From NCBI GenBank assembly GCA_951406725.2, contig OX597833.1, positions 60,760,001 to 60,824,000 on the forward strand: DNA of 64,000 nt, in the 5' to 3' direction. The translations under genes were made by a program, and so were the position numbers. Each line of letters starts with the position of its first letter. Positions within the stretch are counted from its first letter, which is position 1. The notes under the pieces are model-generated. The model was not told where the DNA came from, did no database searches, and was given only the letters and a program-made list of their open reading frames with translations. Origin of the DNA: Octopus vulgaris. Taxonomy: Eukaryota. Below, piece by piece: positions 11,451 to 24,046 of the stretch.

Positions 11451-12353
11451 AGTACAGTCAGTTCTGGTTAAGCCTCCAAATCCACTTGAAGCACCCAATA
11501 CAAGATTCCAAGCAACCATAATGGTTCTCAATGACATTGTTTTGGATTTGGTCCCACGGCTTGGCACATTTGGCAAATGTCTTCTGCTATAGCATCAGGA
11601 TGGTCAAAGCATTGTGACAGGATTTTGGTGGACAGAAACTGAAAAAAGCCCATTGTATGTATGTGTGTGTGTGTCTTTGTGTTGAAGGTGGTATCCAAAA
11701 GTTCTAGGTCTAGTTATGTTTAATAAAAAATAACTTATTTTCCTAAGTTTTAGCATCCTGTTCTTTGAAATATTAACCAGTGATCCTGCCACTTTTGGAA
11801 TCTGGCCTGGATCCCATCACCAGTCTAGAAGGCTTGCAAAGACTATGGGCACACTCTTATGGGCTCAGCAAATGTAAAAAAAGAACAACAAACAAACAAA
11901 AAACTTCAGAATAATTTCCATCTACCAAATTCTACTCAAGTATTGGCCAGGGGTTTGATAGAAGACATTTGTCTAAAGTACCACACATTGGTATCGAAGC
12001 CAGAACTACAAAGACACAAACACATATACACACAATGTGAAATCTACTTATTCACCACACAGTGCTACCTGCATTCATCATATTTGATTCTATGTCTATT
12101 AGCTCAGGACAGATGTGGGCCTGATAAAACAAAGAAGTCATTATTGAGGGAGAAATTTCTGCTTAGAATAGGTCTGAATAGCATGGTGAAGTGAATTCCA
12201 GAACTGGACATTGGGAAGAAGTATAGTGAATTGGTTGGTCTGTGGAGTTGTTGTTTAACCTCAGACTGGACCTGGTTCAGCAGACCTAAGATCAAAGATA
12301 TTCCAACTGAAAGACTACATTGTATAATGTATCCCCCCACCTTTTTTTAAAAA

Positions 12354-12726
12354 TCTATATATATAAAGCTGAAGTTGTCTGTGTGTGGCAGGTTTGGTAG
12401 CCTTCAACTAACACTATCTCCTCTGAGACCCTGCGGCACAAGTTGACCAAAATTGAGAGTATGATAGAAGAAGGCTTGCTCTTCATTCCGTAGAAGATAA
12501 AATTCAGATCGGACCATGTTAAGACCAAAAATTGTTTACATCAAAAAGGTGCTTTTTTTCTATGAAAATCCCAATTTTTTACGATTTCTTGACTGCTGTG
12601 TCACCATTTTTCAGTGTATTTCAACCAGGAAATGTTCACTTAAAGAGAATAACAAGCTACATAATGCAAAAATTCCAATTCTAAAGGGTCGAAACAAACC
12701 TGAGCAATGCCTGGCGATAGTGCTAG
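12354..12726 (+). mobile_element. Non-autonomous Helitron family H2
   Basis: A|TCTATATATATAAAG start, decayed subterminal hairpin and GTGCTAG|T end. Confidence 0.6.
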
Positions 12727-12853
12727 TATGGTAAAGGTGTGATACAAGGGAGATTTAGTTGCTGTTTCTATCAAACGGTGACTGTGTAGAGTCATCATCA
12801 TCGACTCATTGTAGTCAGAAAGAAGTTGTCTGTGTTTTGTTCAGTGTTTAGAT

Positions 12854-13009
12854 CAATATTTCTCAACCATTTTTTACCCACGGACCCTCTTATTATTTGG
12901 CGTTTAAAGAAATTGTTAAAATATTTTGTGTATTGTTGATGTATAACCAATTTATTGCAGATAATTTTTAACAACAAAATCTTATGTGGACCCCAGTTGA
13001 GAACCACTG
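12854..13009. mobile_element. hAT/Charlie-like MITE (internally deleted)
   Basis: Ends resemble CAGTGGTTCTCAACC / GTTGAGAACCACTG, with similar 8-bp flanks GTTTAGAT/GTTCAAAT. A longer relative lies at 47468-47723. Confidence 0.65.
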
Positions 13010-13063
13010 GTTCAAATGAAAGGTGATGGTTGCAAAAAACAAGGTATTACACTAGAGAACACT

Positions 13064-13388
13064 TGTGAAGGCGTGTGGCTTAGTGGTTAGGGCATTCGGC
13101 TCATGATTGTAAGGTCGTGAGTTCGATTCCGGGCGACGCGTTGTGTCCTTGAGCAAGACACTTTACTTCACGGTGCTCCAGTCCACTCAGCTGGCCAAAA
13201 TGAGTTGTGCCTGTATTTCAAAGGGCCAGCCTTGTCACACTTTGTGTCAAGCTGAATCTCCCTGAGAACTACGTTAGGGGTACACGTGTCTGGATTGCTC
13301 AGTCACTTGCCTGTTAATTTCACGATCAAGCTGTTCTGTTGATTGTATCAGCTGGGACCCTCGTCGTCTTAACCGATGGAGTGCTCCT
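13064..13388 (+). mobile_element. tRNA-derived SINE, head D plus tail 3
   Basis: A box TGGCTTAGTGG, B box GAGTTCGATTCC and a GTGTCCTTGAGCAAGACACTT core. The tail is shared with 59312-59500. Confidence 0.75.
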
Positions 13389-14896
13389 TTTTATGCTAGA
13401 GAACATTTGTCTTTGTATGTCTCATCACCACAGCATGATGATGGAGATGGTAGTGGTAATGGTGATGATGATATCTCATCACTATTGTGAATCCATCATA
13501 ACAATATGATTTAGAGTTTCATCTCATTGCCCAGCATCTTAGTAAATACCTTCCAGCCTTAGTTTAACCTATTTCTTTACTACCCACAAGGGGCTAAATA
13601 CAGAGAGGACAAACAAGGACAGACAAATGGATTAAGTCGATTATATCGACCCCAGTGCGTAACTGGTACTTATTTAATTGGCCCCGAAAGGATGAAAAGC
13701 AAAGTTGACCTCGGCGGAATTTGAACTCAGAACGTAGCTGCTGACGAAATACTGCTAAGCATTTCGCCCGGGAGTGAAACTCTGTAGAAAGGGCTATTCT
13801 GAGAGACCATTCCTGTTAGATTTAATCTCTGACTTGATTTAACACTGACCCCATCTAAACTTTGTTTACCATTAATGGCATCCACTGTGTTGGAAACATT
13901 CAGGTCGTCAAGTTCCCAGTCTGGGGATAACTTCATCTCCTCACTGAGAAATTCATCATTATTTCATATCCAGGTCCCTTGCTGGTATGAGTTGGACTGT
14001 TTGACAGGATCTGATTGGTACAAGGACTGTATCATCCTCCAGTGCCTGCTTTGGCTTGATTTCTCCAGCTGGTTGTCCTTCCTAATGCCAACCACTTTAT
14101 AGTGTGTACTGGGTGCATTTTTCATACCACCAACACTATTGTGATTGCCATGCAGCTCACAAGATTAGACACTCAGAGAGAGAGAGAGGCATGTCTTTAT
14201 GCTAGAGAGCGAAGGATCAAACATGAGAGAAGTATGGGGGATAGTGCAGGTTCTTGTAGACAAGCTGCATAGTTGCTCACATTTAGAATATGGAGTGAGA
14301 GAGATAATGATCAGTAGATACTACAGAGGGATAAATAGTGGAGATTAGGTGTGGTATGCTGTCCTGGTGGCTTCTTGGGAAAAAGAAAAATTTAACTCAT
14401 GAATCTTGTGTGTGTGTACGTGTATTAAAAAGCCTCCTGTTTGGACATGACTGATGTAAGGACACACCTTATTTATATGGTGCCAATATCTATATGACTA
14501 ATGATTATTCAATCAGGAGTGAACTGATTAGTTTTATCCTTTGTTAAAGACTCATCAGGGATTGTAGTTAAGATGAAACCTGCTAGAAATAGCAGCCAAA
14601 TCTCACTCAAATCACACACTATCATTTTAGATAAAGAAGGCCTCTTTAGATGTCTTTGCTATACATAGATAGTGGTCATAAGTCTAATGATATAGAGGAT
14701 AAATACAGTCCTCATTGAACAGCTTTACTCCACAGACTGAAGTGTGATTTGTTACCAATATCAGTCATTGTATTAAGTATATGGATCTTGAAGCACACTA
14801 TCCACAGGGCATCTATAGTGATGGTCAGAAGAAATACCAGCAGGCATGTCAGAGAGGTTACGAAGCTGATGTATATTTATATATATATATATATAT

Positions 14897-15056
14897 ATTT
14901 TCACCTCTCTCCTTGTTTTTTCTGTGTCCCTTTCTGTAGAAGAGCGTAGGCTCAAAACGTAAAAGACTTTTTCTATTCCTGAGCGTTATACTAATACATC
15001 TGTTTGTTTTGTACACCACCAATCTTCGTCTTTTGTTTTTTTCGTAAACTCCCCCT
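14897..15056 (+). mobile_element. Short repeat with hammerhead-like motif (possible Penelope-like LTR remnant)
   Basis: A second copy lies at ~31040-31182. Both sit next to (TA)n-rich tracts and contain CTGT(A/T)GA-A-GAGC-N4-GCTC-(G/A)AAA. Confidence 0.5.
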
Positions 15057-15249
15057 ATATATATATATATATGTTTGTATAATGTGTGTATATATGTGTG
15101 TGTGTATGTGTATAATCATCTTCGTTTACTGCCCATTTTTCCATGTTTGACAGTTCATCAATATATCAAACTGTTCCTGACAAAAAAAAAACATAAAAAT
15201 TGTCAAATTTAGACTGAACCCTCTGCAATTTGGTCACCAAGGTAACAGG

Positions 15250-16640
15250 AACTATCTGCTATTTTTAAGGATTTGTTGTATGTTCTTAGTGTTTATTGTA
15301 CCTGCACATCTGCCACACATAAAGACTACTTTCTCTGTTAAGCTTCCTGTGATTCTGTTACCTCTTATGTGTCCAAAGCTTTGCACTGGGTACATCATAT
15401 GGAGTTTCTACCTACACCTTTTCTACATATCGAGCAGGGCCATTTTCCTGAAGAGATTAGTAATTTGTCTGCTTACTATTACTTTGGTCTTTGCTAAGTT
15501 AACTCTAGAGCACTTTGATTCCAGTTCTTGCTTCCACACCTGCAGGTGCCTTACTAAGAAGATAGCATCAGAAGTGCTTCTCCCTAGCACAAAACCAAAC
15601 TGCATCTCATCTAGGCTAACTCTCTTCCTAATTAGTTGAGCTATGACCCTTTCTGTAACTGTCATGACCTGGTCTAGCAATTTGATTCCTCTTGAATTAC
15701 TTCTGTTTAAGACATCTCCTTTACCTTTTAAGCAGTTGATTATAATACTGCCACACCAATTGTTGGGCATGACCTCTTCCTGGACAACCGGGTAGATTAG
15801 GCCATATCCCATTCTGCTAGATATTTTAAGTACCCCAGCCAATAATTCCTGATGGGCCAGGGGCTTACCCAGTCTTCATATCCTTAATTGCTTTATCTAT
15901 CACTGGCACTATCACCCGGCATTGCGGGGTCATAGTGCTAGTGCATACATATACAGCTGCATGCGTGTGCACATACACGCGAGTACTGTCCAAATCTCCG
16001 ACCAATCACATACAGCTAGCTGACATTCAATTGGTGTATCAAATTTCAGGCATTTTGATTGGGTTTTGGATAGAAAATTCACAAAAAAGTCATTTCTATT
16101 GATTTTTTTAATGGCTTTGTTGGGTGACTGGGGAAATGTAAAGATGTGCACGACCACCCTTGGCTGGTTTTGAATGACCATAGAAAGTGTGAGCCATCTA
16201 ACTGAAAAATTGTGGATTTGTATGAAGGACACACACACAGACATTTTGCCATTTATATATAGAGAGATGCTACTGTCAACACAGATAGCCAGTCCCTATG
16301 TTGGGTCCACTCGAGGAAGACTCTTCCTCCATGCATTCTCCACATTTAACAGCCTTTCACGGTGGCACTTCCATGCCTCTTTTTTTTGCAGAATCACTAA
16401 CTGCAAGTGCACCATCATCCATCTGAACTTACCTCTCTCCTACTTCATCATGATTTTCTCTGATTTGCTGTCTTACAATCTGGAATACCTCGTGCATCTG
16501 GTCCTCATGCTGCAGAACATTGGCAAACTTCTTCCTTTCTGCTTCTCCCCCGAGATAAACATACCTGTCACCTAGCTTGTCTTCTAGATACCTGGTTATA
16601 GTTCTCTGCTTCTCCAACTCTTCTAGACTAGTTTGTTGCT
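15250..16640 (-). pseudogene. RTE LINE reverse transcriptase fragment, interrupted by Helitron H1
   Basis: KGKGDVLNRSNSRGIKLL...MQFGFVLGRSTSDAIFLVRHLQ (non-LTR RT motifs) and upstream EAERKKFANV...RENHDEVGE; frameshifts and deletions are present. Confidence 0.85.
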
Positions 16641-16967
16641 CTGGCGGCCCCGTCACTGTTCAACGACCATGTTACTCTTGGTCTGGTTGGAACTTTGCAC
16701 CAGCCACAAATTTAGTCTGTGGCTCTCAGCAAGTTGTCCTATAGGAACTTCAACTGTAATGTGTGTGTACATACATGTGTGCATGCATAGATATGGCTGT
16801 ACTGTTAAGAAGTTCACTTCACAACTACATAGTTCCACATTCAAATCTATTTTGTGGAACCTTGAGTAAAGTGTCCTCCACCAAAGCCTTGAGATCATCA
16901 GTGCCTTATGAGATAAACAAATGGAAGTCAGTTGCATGCGTATGTGTGTATGATCATTATTTTACAT

Positions 16968-17278
16968 GTGTGGAGGCACATGGCCTAGTGGTTAGAACAG
17001 CAGACTCGCAGTCGAGGGATTGCAGGCTTGAATCTCAGACCGGGCGATGTGTGTGTTTACGAGCGAAACACCTAAGCTCCATGTGGCTCCGGCAGAAAGT
17101 AATGGCGAAACTTCTGCTGACTCTTCCGCCACAACTTTCTCTCACCCTTTCCTCCTGCATCCCGCAGCTCCCCTGCGATGGACCAGTGTCCCGTCCAGGT
17201 GGGGAACCTATATGCCAAGAAACCAGGAAACCGGCCCTTATGAGCCAGGCATGGCCCGAGAAGGAACAAACAACAACA
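16968..17278 (+). mobile_element. tRNA-derived SINE, head C plus tail 2 (V-domain-like)
   Basis: Same head type as 1526, followed by CCTGCGATGGACCAGTGTCCCGTCCAGG and an (AAC)n tail. A copy lies at ~50930-51235(-). Confidence 0.75.
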
Positions 17279-18019
17279 TTATTTTACATCCACTTTCCAT
17301 GCCGTCATGGGTCAGATAGGTTGTCATAGTCCTAATTAGTTCTTATTCAGTTGCAGTTGATCAAAACAGTTTAGAGCACCATGTCCCATTTGTAGATTTT
17401 AGTTTTCTCTTGCTTTCTACTGCTGGATGCTTTTCTTAACATTCAACCACTTTAAGGTATGACTTTAAACTGCATTTACTTGTGGCAGCCTGGTTTGGGG
17501 GTTCCAGGGTTTTGGGGAGTGAACAAGTGTGAAACCACGTGGAGATCACGCAGTCGTTAGCCTCAAATTGCCTGGCCTGGCCGGCGTTTGTGAGAGATGC
17601 AGCATTGAGGATGAATGAAGCCAGCTCAACCCACCCCGGGTGAATGCTGTCTCAATCCAAGAAGAAAAAAAAAGAAACCACCTCTTAGCCACTATTTTTC
17701 TTAGGTCTACTCCGACCCAGAGTAAGCACCTGTCAGAGTCCTAGCTATTGGTAAAATAGCATGTAACCACCCAAGACAAGGTGTGTTGAAATCGTAAGAT
17801 GCAGCATAGTGGTTGTGAGTGATTTCAGTTGATGGACTGGAGTCTGTGATGGGATATCATTAGATCCTTTGTCCTGATGATGACCAAACAACAAACTGTC
17901 AGTGGTCAGAATCACGAGTTCAGTCTGAACTGCCGTTATCTTCTGTAACAGATGAGGTATTTCAGCAAGTGAAAGACCAATATGACGAAAACCTAGACCA
18001 GACATTTATGCCTCATCAC

Positions 18020-18247
18020 TTAACCCTTTAGTGTTTAAACTGGCCACATCCGGCCCAAATATTCTACATGTTTTATATTTGAACTGGTGATATCTAGCCT
18101 CTCACACTTAACCTACATTGACATTCTAAAAATAAATATTCACATCATTGAGATTTCAGAGCTATGAGATAATGTGTGATTAATTCAAAACAATTTGAGT
18201 GAAAATGCATTACATTTAACAGAATAATCTGAACACCAAAGGGTTAA
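18020..18247. mobile_element. piggyBac-type MITE family 2
   Basis: TTAA-CCCTTTAG...CCAAAGGG-TTAA. An oppositely oriented copy at 27379-27985 is split by Helitron H1. Confidence 0.75.
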
Positions 18248-18927
18248 TCAGGATGTCTGGCATGAAAGATTTTCATTGGTCTGAGCAAGTTACCCTGCTT
18301 TGATGGTTCGATGGACTTTACGGAATGTATTGGATGCATTAGCTCTAGCAAGGTTGTCTTGTACTCACTTGTAGGCATGAAGGTCCTCACTACTACATGT
18401 GTTCATTTATTTACTCATGGCAACAATCCCAACAAGGTGAATGGAATGAGATGACAAAAGAAGAGCCAGGATGAGTGAGTGATGGGAGCAAGAATATGAT
18501 GCTAGAAAAAGTGATATGATTCAGAAATAGATAGATTAATATATATATAATACACTAGCACTATGATCCAGCAACGCCGGGTCATAGTACTCGTGCATAC
18601 ATATACAGCTGCGTGTGTGCGCACATACACGCGAGTACTGTCCAAATCTCCGACCAATCCCATACAGCTAGCTGGCATTCACTCGGCGTATCGAGTTTCG
18701 GGCATTTTGATTGGGTTTTTGGATAGAAAATTCACAAAAAAGTCACTTTAATTGATTTTTTAATGGCTTTGCGGGGTGACTGGGGAAATGTAAAGATGTG
18801 CACGACCACCCTTGGACGGTTTTGAATGACCATAGAAAGTGCTAGCTCTCTAACTGAAAAATTGTGGATTTGTATAAAGGATACACACACACACAGACAA
18901 ACATTTTGCCGTTTATATATATATATT

Positions 18928-19223
18928 ACCACGGTATTGACCAGACTGTCGGATGTTGTTATACATCACTGGTCACAACGCACTTCACATTGTTTTAGTT
19001 TTCGAATGATGCCACCCCTACTGGCTAGGTGAGCAGGCCATCATTCTCCTGATTGGAAGGCTGTTCTGTCACAGGGTCACCCATATACAGCTGAGTGGAC
19101 TAGGACAATGTGGAATGAAGTGTTTTGCTTAAGAACACAGTGCACTGCCTGGTCTGTGAAGTGAACCCATGATCTAGCAGTCGTGAGTGCAATACCCTAA
19201 CCTCTAGGCCACGTGCCTTCACC
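18928..19223 (-). mobile_element. tRNA-derived SINE, head D plus tail 1
   Basis: The head and core resemble 13064-13200; the tail resembles 1718-1826. Confidence 0.65.
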
Positions 19224-21409
19224 ATGTGTGTATATGTGTGTGTGTGTGTAGAGAGAGAGTGATATATGGATAGTAATAGCTATTTCTTTACTTTACTACC
19301 CACAAGGGGCTAAACACAGAGAGGACAAACAAGGACAGACAAACGGATTAAGTCGATTATATCGACCCCAGTGCGTAACTGGTGCTTATTTTATCGACCC
19401 CGAAAGGATGAAAGGCAAAGTCGACCTTGGCGGAATTTGAACTCAGAATGTAGTGGCAGGCGAAATACCGCTAAGCATTTCGCCCGGCGTGCTAACGTTT
19501 CTGCCAGCTCGCCACCTTATATGGTTAGTAATAGCATTAGACAATGGTAAAGCATAAGTGATGGATGTCAATAAAGAATGGCCCAGGTGGGGAGCATGAT
19601 GATGACTTGAAGTACAGGAAAGTTGATGGCAGAGCGTATCAATTACAAACACATGTGATGGACTTGAAAGGTACTAACGAGGATTGTGGTTGGAAGGGTT
19701 GCATATGGGTCGATCCAGTACCATCCCTTGTTCCATGGGTGGTACAGCGCATTGAAAAGAGATCAACTGCTACCAGTAGTTGCATAGGCAGCATAGTACA
19801 ATGAATGGAAGAGAGAGGGAGAGGGAGTGATAGAGAGATGAGATGATGACAGAGAAGTTGGGGAGACAGTAGACGTAAACTCAACTGGGACATATTGATT
19901 GAAATATTCATAATGTACCGCTATCACTAGCAGCAATTTTTAGCATTAATTTTTGCTCTGCTTACAATGGTCGGCAGGTCTTCTCCAGCACTACTTGTTG
20001 CCAATTAACTCGGCCTTTTTTCTCTCCACTATTAAACCCAGCATCATCATCATCATCGTCATCATTTAACGTCTGCTTTCCGTGCTAGCATGAGGTGGAC
20101 GATTTCACTGAGGGCTGGCGAACCAGAAGGCTGCACCAGGCTCCAGTCTTGATCTGGCAGAGTTTCTACAGCTGGATGCCCTTCCTAACGCCAACCACTC
20201 CGAGAGTGTAGTGGGTGCTTTTACGTGCCGCCGGCACGAGGGCCAGTTTGGTGGTACTGGCAACGGCCACGCCCAAATGGTGCTTTTTATGCGCCACCTG
20301 CACAGGAGCCAGTCCAGTGGCACTGGTGACGACCTCTCTCGAATGTTTCACGTGCCACCAGCACAAGTTCTAAGATCAATCTTAACCACTGCCCCTCTTG
20401 TCTCCCCGAGTTTTCTTCTTCTGTGGGTTCCATTCTCATTCATCACATGTGCATACCAGCAGCAGTCTCTTCTCTTACATACTACATCTGATTCCACTTA
20501 TGCCCAGTTTTTTTCTCAGCTCATTTAGTATTCATTTGAACTCTGGCATTCATGCATACTAACATTACACAGTCAATGGAGTATGCTCTTACTCTTTTAC
20601 TTGCTTCAGTCATTTGACTGCGGCCATGCTGGAGCACCGCCTTTAGTCAAGGAAATCGACTCCAGGACTTATTCTTTGCAAGCCCAGTACTTATTCTATC
20701 GGTCTCTTTTGCCGAACTGCTAAGTAATGGAGACATAAACACACCAGCATCGGTTGTCAAGCAATGCTAGGGGGACAAACACAGATACACAAACACACAC
20801 ATGCACATATATATATATATACATATATACGATGGGCTTCTTTCAGTTTCTGTCTACCAAATCCACTCACAAGGCTTTGGTCGGCCCGAGGCTATAGTAG
20901 AAGACACTTGCCCAAGGTGCCATGCAGTGGGACTGAACCTGGAACCATGTGGCTAGTAAACAAGCTACTTACCACACAATATGTTCATTTCTTTCTAACC
21001 TTCACAAGCCTTCTGTATTTAGGACCATATTTCTCTACCACACAGCATCATAGTTTATACACAAGCATCATATAGTCTGCTTTTTGCTCAAAGGGTGAAA
21101 TACTTTATAACTTGCAGAGTTCAAAGCTCCTTAAACATTATTTAATTAATTTTTATCCTATTTACTTTACTTTCAGAATATCCATCTCTGTTGCTAATTA
21201 ATGGTTGGTTAGTTCATGTTAATCCTTTAAGGAGCATAATGCTGGTTTCTTGGTCTCCGTGGAATATATATTCCTCTTCAGACAGTCATGCTGGTCCATC
21301 ACAAAATTGCTTGTTTTTACCAGATGAGTGAACTGGAACAAAATATATTGCGGAGATGTACTTGCATAGCAAGTGATTTGATCTGAGTGAGATCTTGTGC
21401 TGAAATGAA

Positions 21410-21640
21410 AACAATTGCAGCGTGGAAGGTGTTTGTAAGCCATTTAAGAAACACACAAAAGCCGTTCGATTCACTTCAACATTTAAGTTTAATTTTTCAA
21501 AATATTTTTGTCAGTGAACAGGTCGCAGTCTTAAAGCGACAAAAATATTTTGACAAATTAAACTTAAATGTTGAAGTGAATCGAACGGCTTTTGTGTGTT
21601 TCTTAAATGGTATACAAACACCTTCCACGCTGCAATTGTT
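21410..21640. repeat. Long near-perfect inverted repeat (103-bp arms, 25-nt loop)
   Basis: 21410-21512 versus rc of 21538-21640: 3 mismatches seen by eye. Confidence 0.95.
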
Positions 21641-22045
21641 AAAAAGCACCATCCGTTCGTGGCCGTTGCCAGCCTCGTCTGGCACCTCTGCCGGTGGCAC
21701 GTAAAAAGCACCATCTGATCGTGGCCGTTTGCCAGCCTCGTCTGGCACCTGTGCCGGTGGCACGTAAAAAGCACCCACTACACTCACGGAATGGTTGGCG
21801 TTAGGAAGGGCATCCAGCCGTAGAAACATTGCCAGATCAGACTGGACCTGGTGCAGCCTTCTGGTTTCCCAGACCCCAGTTGAACCGTCCAACCCATGCT
21901 AGCACGGAAAGCGGACGCTAAACGATGATGATGATGATGATGCCTAGTCCTGAAATCAAAACCACAATCTTACGATCACGAGTCCAACATTGTTACCACT
22001 AAGCCATGCTCCACCAAATTTAGCTTACATAGGTAACAGAAATTA

Positions 22046-23620
22046 TCAACTACTTCTGTTCGATTTGTCCCTTTTGCTGCATCCTTTCAAGTTATGTACT
22101 AGTGCTTGCAGCTCTTGGTATTGTTGGTGATTGTCCACATCACAGAGTGATTCAAAAATAGATTTTCTAAATTTGGCAATCTGCACTTTCTGTTGATTGT
22201 TCTTTTGAAATACCACTAAAACATTTAATATGGTTGTGTTGAGCAGGTATTCTAAAGCAATCTTGTGATACCATCTGATGGTTTTTCTGAGAGGTATGAA
22301 GTACCATAAATCCTTGAGTATTGTACGCCCTTGAGTATAATACACAGGGGGTTTTTAGCGGGCTGCACTTTTGAAAAACCTAAACCTTGTGTATAATACA
22401 CACCCCTTCTCTAACTTGAGTCAACTCGGTCTATATAACATCCTTGTTTTGTAAAAATGTATATGGTAACGCCCTTTATTATTACTGTATATATAACATA
22501 ATGCAAACGTGTAGCTTTTTTGTGCATTTTGTTTGCAGAAAATAAAGAAATAACAGTAATAACATTTAATAAATGTTGCTTACTGCAAGTTATGGATGAT
22601 TCTTTTATGACTTCATTGCTTTCAGGCTTAGCTTAAGGTATTTTCGTGCCCGACATCACAAAATGTGTCTGAATAAACATTGCCGGACAGCAAATAGAGA
22701 CTCGGACATTGCTTAGAAAATATTTTTAATTTTTAACCTTGTATATAGTACACAGTAGGAATTTTGACCTTTAAATTTTGGGGAAAAAATGCGAATTATA
22801 CTCAAGGATTTACGGTAGCTTGCCATTTGAATAGAGATACCTATTCCCTGTTTTATCAAATCATCATCATCTTCGTTTAGCGTCTGCTTTCCATGCTAGC
22901 ATGAGTTGGACGGTTCGACCGGGGTCTGGGAAGCCAGGAGGCTGTACCAGGCTCCAGTCTGATCTGGCAATGTTTCTACAGCTGGATGCCCTTCCTAACG
23001 CCAACCACTCCGTGAGTGTAGTGGGTGCTTTTTACGTGCCACCGGCACAGGGGCCACGCGAGGCTGGCAACGGCCACAATTGCATGGTGCTTTTTACGTG
23101 CCACCGCCACGAGGCCAGTCGGGACAGCGCTGGCAATGGCCACGTTCGGATGGTTCTCTTACGTACCACCAGCACTAAGAGAACCATCCGAACGTGGCCG
23201 TTGCCAGCGCCACCCCGACTGGCTTCGTGCCGGTGGCACATCGTAGCTGAGAATTATTTCTGGCTTCCTTCCTTCCACATCATTCACTCTTTGCCCTGTT
23301 TTCCTGAAGCTAAGGTTGTGTTTTTCTAGATAACAATACCACATCACACCTATCCTTCCACTTTGCCACTACAATTCCATTATTTTGTTGCATGCCAATA
23401 ATATGTCCTTTATGGAGCCTTGTGCTTACAGCATCTTCTGGGTTGCCCTTTCTATTTGATCCTAGTGTGACCACAAGGTAGGTTTTATGCGTTAGCAATT
23501 CTTTTGCTAAATCAATGGATACATATATGTTATCTGTGGCTTTTGTCCTGCCTGCTCCTTCATAATCCTTAGTAAGATCTAATACTATTTGGATTGCATG
23601 AGTATGTTCATCTGCATGAG
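22046..23620 (-). pseudogene. Fossil piggyBac (PGBD-like) transposase split by nested insertions
   Basis: The pieces read TDNIYVSIDLAKELL..GSNRKGNP..WKDRCDVVLLS, KPEIILSYD and QMASY|FIPLRKTIRWYHKIALEYLLN, in piggyBac DDD motif order. Confidence 0.85.
22304..22815. mobile_element. pogo/Tc2-like MITE with TA target duplication
   Basis: TA-CCATAAATCCTTGAGTA ... TACTCAAGGATTTACGG-TA. Removing it restores the QMASYFIPLRK frame of the piggyBac fossil. Confidence 0.85.
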
Positions 23621-24007
23621 TATTACTCTTTACTCTTTTACTTGTTTCGGTCATTTGACTGCGGCCATGCTGGAGCACCACCTTTAGTCAAGCAAATCGA
23701 CCCCGGGACTTATTCTTTGTAAGCCCAGTACTTATTCTATCGGTCTCTTTTGCCGAACTGCTAAGTGACGGGGGACGTAAACACCATCTGTCCGTGGCCG
23801 TTTGCCAGCTCTGTCTGGCACCTGTGCAGGTGGCACGTAAAAAACACCCACTACACTCACGGAGTGGTTGGCGTTAGGAAGGGCATCCAGCCGTAGAAAC
23901 ACTGCCAGATCAGACTGGGCCTGATGCAGCCTTCTGGCTTCACAGACCCCAGTTGAACCGTCCAACCCATGCTAGCATGGAAAGCGGACGCTACATGATG
24001 ATGATGA

Positions 24008-24046
<39 letters not shown>

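Noticed and set aside
10084-11522. Degenerate ~45-bp inverted pair as TIRs of one 1.4-kb element
   Set aside because: Similarity is weak, no TSD is visible and the interior consists mostly of unrelated insertions; the boundaries cannot be supported.
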